DNA of 64,000 bases from Ptychomitrium polyphyllum (lineage: Eukaryota): positions 19,406,001-19,470,000 of the forward strand of contig OZ316775.1 of the NCBI GenBank assembly GCA_973851085.1. Direction: 5' to 3'. Positions 54,601 through 64,000 of the stretch are shown here, one piece after another. A program made the translations under genes and the position numbers. Within the stretch, counting starts at the first letter, position 1; each line of letters opens with the position of its first letter. The notes under the pieces are model-generated. The model was not told where the DNA came from, made no database searches, and saw only the letters and a list, made by a program, of their open reading frames with translations.

Positions 54601-56003
54601 GTGGTCAAGGTTCGCAACTTCTCTGAATTCGCATAAAATGCTAGTAGACTACTCACAGAACATAACGATACATCCACTTCTCATCTTCATAACAAATTAT
54701 GCGAATGGCTCCACGTTAACGTATTGATCGTCACAAAAAAAGCTCGATACTAAGTGCGGTAACTACCAAAATATTCCTATATACCTGCTCATAATGAACA
54801 TGACTTAAGACATTCTTACTGACACCGGAGAGGAACTGCCTAAGAAAGGATTCGTATAAACTAATGATAGCGAGGAGAACATCTCATAGTGAGACAACAT
54901 CTCCTTGCACATGGCCGTTCTGAAATACATCCTTACACTTGAATGTAACGTAACATATCACTACATAATCGTATCAATCCGGGTATAAATTACAAACGAT
55001 AGTTCGCAGTAAAGGAACCATGATTCGAATCTTAACTTCATCAAGCATGGAAATGGTAGGCTAGCGCCGTTTCCATTAATCAAATTTCAGCACATGATAT
55101 AGATCTTAAGTTTTGACAGTAAGATATATTAACGAATTTCTTCGTGAATTAAGATATACCACTATAATATATTTATACTTCTCAAGTAACAATATGAAAG
55201 AATCGAACAAATTCTCAGCAATCACTAAATTGGAAAGAATGTCACACAAGCTGATCAAGTAACGATCGTTGAGAGTGCACAGACGATGCCAAGATACATC
55301 AAACTATCCTTCAACAAACAGATTACAACAGAGAGTATTTACAAAAGAACTGCGAACACAAATAGGATTACGTCCATCGTGGCAGAGACTACATAGGTAG
55401 ACAAAAATTATACACGAAATATAACACGAGATGACCGTAAGCTTCTTATAACTAAACGGACGCATGATTCTTTGGCTACGAAAACGACGAGAGTAAACCA
55501 ACAAGACCGTCCACCAAATCATAATCAAGCAAAATTGGAGAAAGTAAAAAACAAAACACCAAAAACTTCACACTAATCCTACAGTAGCAGACCAGTCGAT
55601 CAATATGAACCGTCAAAAACTGAGAGAAATTAGCAGAACGGGATAGGTTTCGACGCCTAATGCACGCCATGCTAAGAGCTCCGCATTTCACACTAGCAAA
55701 GAACTTACAAAGTCATTAACACAGAAACTTTCGATATTTTAATTACTGCTCTTGTTCAACTAATGATAATAACCGAGAACCTATGTAAGCGTGTGCAAAA
55801 AAGAAGAGACAAGAAAAACTTATCAGTACCTCGGAGACCGCAACAGCGTCTTCGCCATTGAAATCCAAGTCCGGCTGAACAGCGTCGACGTCACCACCTC
55901 CATCGTCACCCAGCACTTCAGACTCGAGAAATTCGCAGAGAGAGGCGTCGTCTTCGTATTCTTCATCACTGCCGCCACCGTCGCTATCCGTGTAAGACGT
56001 CAT
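51614..56003 (-). CDS. SKIP31: F-box protein, SKIP31-like, multi-exon (exon structure between 55830 and ~54300 uncertain)
   Basis: Acidic N-terminus SLCEFLESEVL; F-box FGKIPSELFQNILRFLSSE|DLSNC..RRAASDESLWRKL|YCLRWG; WKKLYF; IQMQAAKRSQAP; HLCSGRTCSYYQIGDVFLCEKTGRAH; LVCTVSGRCFDR; ARAYLLGYNC. Confidence 0.88.
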
Positions 56004-56139
56004 GGGGGCGGCCGTGGAGGGAGCAGAGAAAAAACGCGAGACGAAGGAGAGGAAGCTGGGGTTTCCTCAACAGGCTTCCGCCATAGCCAGACACATGAGG
56101 CAGAGCTTAGCACCTCCAAACCTCAGATCCCTGCCAAGA

Positions 56140-56175
56140 CCCGCTCATGCCCGCTCATGCCCGCTCGTGCCTCAT
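56140..56175. repeat. 10-bp tandem repeat CCCGCTCATG x3-4 just upstream of the SKIP31-like start
   Basis: Read directly. Confidence 0.8.
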
Positions 56176-59100
56176 GAATACCTAGGAGATACCAAAACGA
56201 TGCCTCTTTGTATGAAAAGAAGTACCCTTGAGAGAACCGGATGAGCTGTTCCGTTTCCACGGAACCGATGTCGAGAACCGGATTCAAGCGGTGGCTTTCG
56301 GGGTTCAGAATCAGTTGAGGCGGTTTTCGTGGAGAAGGCCGCACCGCCAGATGCACTGCCAAGAGGCACACATGACAGCTCTATTAGAACGCTGGACGGG
56401 ACTATCCTTTTTTTTAAAAGTGGATCCAAAAAAGTTTTCAATGTCATTCATTTCTTTTAATCATAAGTAAGGATCCTTTACACCTTCTCCCGTGGAAGGC
56501 GAGTGATGTAGAAATTTCAATACAAGCCATGAAAATTTGAGGTAAAGAATAATTCACAAGAGTAGATAGAAAAGTCTTCTCATCTTCTCCTATGGGTTCC
56601 TTGTTACTACAAATTAGCTTTTTTTTTGGAACATTTATAGAATCTTAAAAGATATTTGAAAACATTCAATATACTTTAAATAAGTGTAAGATATTTTTAT
56701 GAAAAAAATTCATGTTTGTTCCATTTCTTATCATGTGTGTCATTTTTGTCACCAATATAATAAAAGAATTGTCAAATTTTTTAAAAACCTTGCAATATTT
56801 GACAATCCTACCAAAAAGCACTTCCAAGACTATTAAAAGGAAAAACATTTTTTTGTAATAACTGCTACCAAGTATGTAGCCAATTCACATTCTCATCCAA
56901 CTTCAAATTGTTTCATCTTGTGGATGACAAAACAAGGTTTAAAGCTTTATGGAAGAATTTGAAAAGTTTAATAAATTATGGTACAAAGAATCTCTAAATA
57001 TAGCAAAAATATATTCTTTTATAGGCAATAAAAGAAGGTATTAAGGTGATTCTAAATGCTACATCCATTACATAAACTTTTTAAAAATTCCATGCCATTG
57101 CCAAATATGCTTAATTATTATTTTAATTGTAGTTTCAAAATGTAATTAAACTTTTTTAAAAAGAAATATGTTTTATTATTATTGTGGACTCTCTTATGTG
57201 GCATGAAAGATCTATAAACAAAGATCTTTACATCCTTATTGTACAAAGAGCATGTTGTAAGGTGGAGCTTAAGGCAATGAAAAACAAGGTAGCATAAAGC
57301 TTGGAAGAAAGAAAAAAGGGAAAGAAAAAAAGATATACAAAATTTTGTATATTGAAGTAACAATTTCTTTTATTAAGAAGGTATTTTAAAACATTCCAAA
57401 AATATTCAAACGTTTTATATTTGAAAAGTATATAATATTTATATAATATCTTTTGATGATATCCAATTTTACCTCATGAATATTATTTGAAAATTAATTT
57501 AAAAAAAATCACATACATAGCAGAAGAGTTTTGATTTCTTAAATTAAAGAATTCCATAGATCCACATCCTTATTAATGTCTACATATACTTATTTGTATT
57601 TTTCCATTTTTTTTTGTCAATAATGAACCATAAGGTTAGCGACAACAATGATAAAGCCATCAAATGACATAAATTTGTTTATTATAAGGTTCAAGATTTT
57701 TTACCACATAAATAAATAAAATTGTAAATATCTATGTATCATCTATATAACACATTAGTATGAATATAATGTGGTTCCTACATAATAAAATATCATCTAA
57801 ATATCAAATATGTATAATATAATTATATACGTTCAAACATGGAATTTCTTTTTTTTAAAAATAAAATAAATTGGTTTTTTAATTAATTTCAATCTTCAAA
57901 TTTAAAAACTAAAAAAAAATAAAAAATAAATAAATATAACCTTTGAAAAAGAAATTACTTTACAAGTATTCATAGTATGAGGAATCTATTAGAATTAAAC
58001 AAACTTAAGAGTCAAAATTCCTTCTACAATTTGTTTAAATGTATTCATAGTTTATACTATTTACAAATACAAAATCATATAATTACAAAAGCTATTAAAA
58101 GATATAAAATTCTTCATCATAAGATTGAATTTGTCACTTTCTACATATGAATTTGAATTAAGTAATTTATATTATAAATGGTTTCAAAAAAGAAGGTATA
58201 TTTAAAATGTTAAATTTAAAATGGTTGTAAGCATTTTTCATAACATAATTTAGTGGTCTAATTGAAATATCATAACGTTCTTACAAAAAAATTTAAATCT
58301 ACAAGAACAATTGAATTGCATATGTTCATTTTATTTATAAAAGTAGAAATAAAAATAGAAATAATAGATTTTTGATATTTAAAGCATAATCAAAATAAAA
58401 CAATATGAAATAAATCTTTTTATCATGGTTATAGCACTTTCAAATGAATAATAAATAACTTAAAAAAAAATTATAGTAATTTGACACAACAAAATGAATT
58501 ATAAAGATATTGTCTTATGATTTTATAAACTTTAGGCTAATAAATTACAAGGATATATTAATAGCATTCAAAATATCACTACAAGATATATTTTATAAAT
58601 AATAAAATCGAAACAAAAATGAAATGAAATGATTCATAATCAACATATCATTTTAAGTGAATGTAATGAACTGAACAACTTTTATGATTGCTAAAGATAA
58701 TAATAGCATTTCTGGTAAATACTAATTTTTTCTGATTAAGTTGATTAAATTTAATATTGAACGAACATGAAAATTTTAGTTCAAAAGTATTAAATTTTCT
58801 TTGATATTATCAAATTTTTGTAATATTATTTATTTAATATGTAAAATAATCTTGAAGATTGTTAATCTAATTATATACAAAAGAAGACAATACTCATGTA
58901 TTTAAAATTGATTTAAGCCTTTTCAAAATCAAATTCATCAAATTCTCTTATTATCGTTGTTATATTTTTTGATGTATAAATAACTAACTTCAAATCAATA
59001 ATATATAAAATCGTAATAAATACTTAAAAAAGTCAAAATCCAAAAATAATATGAATTTTTAAAAATAATTACATCAACAATGTATGTGTTCATTGCCATA

Positions 59101-60004
59101 TTCAATATAAAAAATGACAACAAATCAAAACATTAAAAGCATTAAACTATAATATTGGAATACTTAATTGTTGAAAATAAATGTTTTGAGTTTTGGATCT
59201 TTATAAAGGCAAATTAGTACAAATTTTTGTTACTAGGATGTCATGTAGTATTAAATCAAATATATGCCAATGACTTAATTAAGCATACATAACATCATAG
59301 AACGATGGAAGATACTTTCATTCATTAAAATCCACTAGTTTCTTACATGTAGGCAACTTTGGATCCTAACTACTTTTATATGGTTCTGCCTAAGCTTCTA
59401 TTTAAGAAAGTCAAAATATGTCTTTACATTTGCATCTACTAATGTTAGTATTATTTTGAATACTTGAAGTAAATTCACCTCCACCCAACTCAATCCAACA
59501 TGGCTCTTCATTTTTCAAATTTTGTTTCTTCCTTCTTTTTTCCCCCTCATTTTATGATATTCCAAGCAATATTTCTTGGGAGTATTGAACAACATTTATC
59601 CTACCATATCCCTCTACTTTGTGCCATGCACACCCCAAAACAAAATCCAAAACCAAAAAATTATTCCATATCATTGTTACCAACTTGCTAGACTCCTCTT
59701 GTGCGGCAACCATTTACTTCCAGGGAAGACGTCTAAGCGTGGTAGTGCAGCAAGGCCATAACAATGGAACTGCAGTTTTGGGTGAGGGAATTATTTATAA
59801 GAGGGGTCATTGAAAGAACATCCTGTCAACTGGAGAGACGATGACATGTTCTGCCCATAATCTGCCAGAACCAGGGCAGCAGTTCCAGATGGAATCCACC
59901 TGCTCACAAGGGCAAGGGGAGTGAAGCCTCTGTTCCGTGAAGCAGGAGGCACTGGTGAAGAATGCCGCAACAATTTCGTCGGTTTTGCAGGAATATTTCA
60001 GGCT

Positions 60005-62530
60005 ATGGCGATGACGAGGAAGCCTTTCAAGCAGGAGGATCACCGTATAGCTTTGGCGGCGAGGCATGGACTCGCGGCTGCTGCTGCTGTGGCCGCTGAA
60101 GCTGCCATCTCGTATCCACTGGATACTTTGAAGGCACTCAAGCAGGTCTGTGTCAGTGTGGAGTGTAAACCCTAAACCCTGACTTTGTTGAGTTGAGCTT
60201 TTCAGTTTTTATCCCTACCCCAGATTGTGATTTTCTTAAGGGCCAGAGGATCGAGATCTGGGCTAAGTTGTTAATGTGGTTGAGTTGATCACATGATACA
60301 ATACATAATATTGGTCCACACAGCAATTCAATCAGCACGTCTGTTTAAGCATCCAGTGTGGAACTTGTACCCTAAGCCTTAAACCCTGGTGCCTTGGAAT
60401 CTTTCTTGAGATGATTTTTCTCCAGATTGTGATTTTATTGAAGTTTAGAGGATTGAGGAGTGGGTTAAGTTGTTAGTGTGATTGTGGATCGATTGGTAAT
60501 GAGCACGGGGAGCAGGTGTCTTCAAATGCAGGAAAAATTGCAGGGCAGCATATTGTTGTCGATGCAAAGAAAGGTCTGGACGCGGCTATGCTGGCGTCCG
60601 GAATCAGGTCAACCGTTGGAGTATCAGGTCAGCGTGAAGAGAAGGTTTTGTTTGTGGATTTGCTGTTATGTTGAATGCTGAGGCTGAGATCGTAGTTGCT
60701 TAGATTCTTTATCCTTTTTTTGTACAGGGTTTTACGGAGGATTAGGGTGGCAGGTTTTGGGAAGGTTACCAGCGCTTGGCACGCGCTTCGGTGTGTACGA
60801 GCTGTGCTGTGCCTTTACTACAGGTAATTCGATCAATATGAATATCTAATTTCACATAACCACTTTCTTGCATCTTCGATTTTCACGTGTTCATTCGAAG
60901 CCTAGCTGGTATTATGCATACGTGTTTGTCTCTAGCTGGTATTATGCTTACGGTATTTTGTTCTAATGGACATATGTTGGACGACTCGCATCCAGAACTT
61001 TCGCTGTTACTTTGACTAGGACTAGACGTGTCAGATCCTTCCTATCAGCGATTGTCAAATTCGGTTATATTTTGTTGTAGTTGTGTGTGTTTGTGTATTG
61101 AAAGTTCTGCTGACAGCCTTGTTCTAGTGGCGTATAGTCGGGTTCTATATTGTCTTTACCGATTCTAATGCTTCTCAAACAAACGTGTTAACTTTGATGT
61201 AGAATGAGTATTTTTTTATGAATTCTTGATAATGTTGTGCTCGAGGATGCTGCAGATGGACGAGCTTCGAGAGAGGTCTCCATTTCTGAGGCTTTTATGG
61301 CTGGTCTGTGTGCTGGCTCGGCGGAGGCATTTGTGGCTACACCTTTTGACATCCTCAAGTTGCGCGGCCAGGTTGCGGCTGTTACAGTGCCTTCAACAGG
61401 GGCAACATTACTTAATCCCAAATCCATTTGGAATCAAATTGAGCAGAGTCTTATTGGTTTGCCTCATGCACATCCTAAAACGATGCCTGCCATTAGAAAC
61501 TATACGTGGTTGGAAAACGGAATGGGACAGCCTCCACTTATAAAAGATATATCAGGATTGAAACGTTTGACGGATGTAGAGGGAGTGACTGTGCTCTGGC
61601 GAGGCCTGCGACCAGGGATATTTCGGGATGCTTTATATGGTGGAGTTTTCTTTGGAAGTTGGCAGTTTCTGTATGAGATGATGCTGGAGTGGAGAGCCTT
61701 TAATATGGAAACCAAACCTAGGTGAGATCACAAGTCAAGTTGGATTCTCTCTTTTGCAGCTACCTATTGATCTATAAGATGCATTGTTACAATTATCTGC
61801 TGGAGCTCGTATTATAGGGCCGAACAAGTGGCTGATGAGACGAGCATTTTAGACGTGTAATTTCTGAAAGAGTCTTTTGCAATAGAAGCCATATTCATTT
61901 CTACTTTCTTTCTTAATTTCTTAAAAAGCATTTAAAAAATGTTTAATGCCTTTTCTATCTTCTTAGAGAAGAGTTTGGCACCTGTCATAACATTCATTTT
62001 TAAAATTGTTACTTGGGTGACAGTTCATTGGAGGAAATTCCCCCATTGAAGCCATGGCAGCTCAGCATCAGCGCTGGTATTGCTGCCTCTGGTGCAGCAG
62101 TTGTCTCCCATGCTTTGGACACTGCGAAAACCAGGAGTCAAGCCACTGTTATTCCGAAGGTAATCTTATGAAGGTCCATATTGAGTTCACATATTTTCTA
62201 TATACGAAGACATTTTGGAGTCGGCATCACACTCTTTTCAGTACTATTTTGTTCTTGGGGTTCGTGGTCATATATTGGGGATGAAGCATGCTTTTGAAAT
62301 CGTAACCCTTGGTTGCTGAATTTCAGCACATCGCTATGGAGAGGAAATTGCTCAAGTGGGTGAAGCCGGGAAGCTGGCTTCAAAGAACAGCAGGTATACT
62401 TCCTTTTGATCAGCCTATGCTTTGGAGGGGTTTGAAGATTCGAGCATTTCAACATGGATTGGCTGCTACTGCATTAGTAGGCACATATGAAACAGCGATG
62501 CAATATTTCTTGCGCCACAGCAGAAGATGA
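60005..62530 (+). CDS. Mitochondrial carrier family (SLC25) protein; exons 60005-60145, 60516-60627, 60728-60823, 61256-61721, 62024-62159, 62327-62530
   Basis: Three signature motifs YPLDTLK, TPFDILK, HALDTAK; GFYGGLGW, EGVTVLWRGLRP, LWRGLKIR; exons join in frame. Confidence 0.9.
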
Positions 62531-63574
62531 ATACAAACTCAAAGATTACCTTTCGATACCAATATTTGATTGTGGACGGGAAGCTTGCATACCTTCACGA
62601 CTCAGAGCATCATGTACACGACGGGGAATGACCTCAGCTGCGAGGGTCAACAAACTACGTGATAAATCACTTAGTATGAGGCGTTTCGGAGCTTATCCCG
62701 TTTTTGGAGTACGACCTACACTATGGTACACTTGAGGCGGCGTTCATGTGAGAATGCGCGAGTACGAGTGAAAAGGCAGAACCCCGGTCACACCCAACAC
62801 TTGCAAGGACTCTGCAGTCAACACTTCCGAAGACTGAACTCTAAACCTTGAAAGCAGTGCAGGTAGCTTACGGAGTGAAATTTGAGGTGAAGTGGTGGTT
62901 GTCAATCTCACAGTTACAGCACCATTTGCTGATTGCCCACTAGGCAAACCCTAAACCCATAAATCTTGGAAGGCTCATTGTTGAAATCTTTCCAGTGCTG
63001 GACTCTGGAGCTTTCTTTCTCATAATAAAGTTGCCTTAGAATCTCACTTTCAACTTAATGCCCAAACGACATAAGCTAGTTCCAAAACCTGACACTTGCA
63101 CTAAATGAAAACTCTATCCACCTGCACTAATGCTCTTCTATGTTTGGGCACCAAGTCAACGTCGTCACTTGCCAGTGTCGTCGGTAGTACTAAAAACATC
63201 CTAACGAGTTCGTGTGCAGCAGAGTGGTGTTAATGCCTCCCTGTGACCGCCGAAACAGTCAACCAAATTAGAAACAAAGTAGCTAAGCTTAGAATTATGA
63301 CTGCTTTTGGACGGTCCCAATATTACCCTCTTTGGGCAAGTGATGAGTGCCCAATAAAATTAAGCCCTGCACTGTCACGCATCTTGATATCCCAGGAAAC
63401 CACGCTAGGTTCTGGCGCAGGTAGAATTCGTCCTCAAGCTCGACGAACGAAGTGGATCGATGGGAAGTCTCGTCGTCTCTCTCGGTTGTACGTGCTCAAG
63501 GTAGAAAGTTGGCTGTAGCCTGGAGATATGAAGTGAATTTGGAGAGTTGTTGTTTTTTCAAGCTGTGGGTTGTG

Positions 63575-64000
63575 ATGGCAAACCCAGTTTTGGTCTTGTT
63601 CGTGGCCTGTGTAGTGATTGGTGGAGTTCCAGTGGACGCAAAAGCGGAGAAAGAAGTGACTGAGCTCGGGATTGGGGTGAAATTCAAGCCGGAGAGGTGT
63701 GATTTGAAGGCGCACAAGGGCGACCTTGTGAGCGTACACTACCGCGGTACGCTTGCGGACGGGTCGGAGTTCGACAACAGCTATGGCAGAGGCCAGCCGC
63801 TGGATTTTAGGCTCGGCCACGGCTCCGTCATCGAGGGCTGGGAGAAGGGGATTCTTGGCATGTGCGTTATGGAGAAGCGGAAGCTGAAGATCCCGGCCAA
63901 GCTTGCCTATGGCGACCAATCCATCGCGCTCAGTATCCCAGCTGGAGCCGCGTTGATCTTCGACACGGAGCTCGTCGCTGTGAACGGGAGGACTGGCCCA
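63575..64000 (+). CDS. FKBP15: ER-type FKBP peptidyl-prolyl isomerase (FKBP15-like), intronless, runs off the window end
   Basis: MANPVLVLFVACVVIGG signal peptide; VTELGIGVKFKPERCDLKAHKGDLVSVHYRGTLADGSEFDNSYGRGQP..VIEGWEKGILGMC..RKLKIPAKLAYG..LIFDTELVAVNG. Confidence 0.93.
   Translation, partial: MANPVLVLFVACVVIGGVPVDAKAEKEVTELGIGVKFKPERCDLKAHKGDLVSVHYRGTLADGSEFDNSYGRGQPLDFRLGHGSVIEGWEKGILGMCVMEKRKLKIPAKLAYGDQSIALSIPAGAALIFDTELVAVNGRTGP

Overview
Eukaryotic land-plant nuclear DNA, most consistent with a moss (GT-AG introns, GC-richer genes separated by very AT-rich transposon-debris islands). Intact-looking genes are a 5'-truncated SEC6 exocyst subunit, an ELIP, a choline-transporter-like protein, intronless NKAP/MAS2, TRAPPC4/TRS23, NDOR1/ATR3, a COMT-type O-methyltransferase, an SKIP31-like F-box protein, a mitochondrial carrier and an intronless, 3'-truncated FKBP15. 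The 11.5-34 kb stretch is rich in damaged or foreign-looking sequence: a phi-class GST pseudogene missed by the ORF track, an intron-containing cpSRP54 fragment with stops, an nsLTP missing a conserved Cys, and LTR remnants including a solo LTR with a target-site duplication. The most interesting locus is a secreted two-domain gene (20700-21797, -) resembling fungal UVI-1-type proteins, a horizontal-transfer candidate split by one in-frame TAG. An 11-bp-phased GTATC array lies upstream of TRS23. Exon boundaries were read by eye and homologies are recognised from memory, not from database searches.
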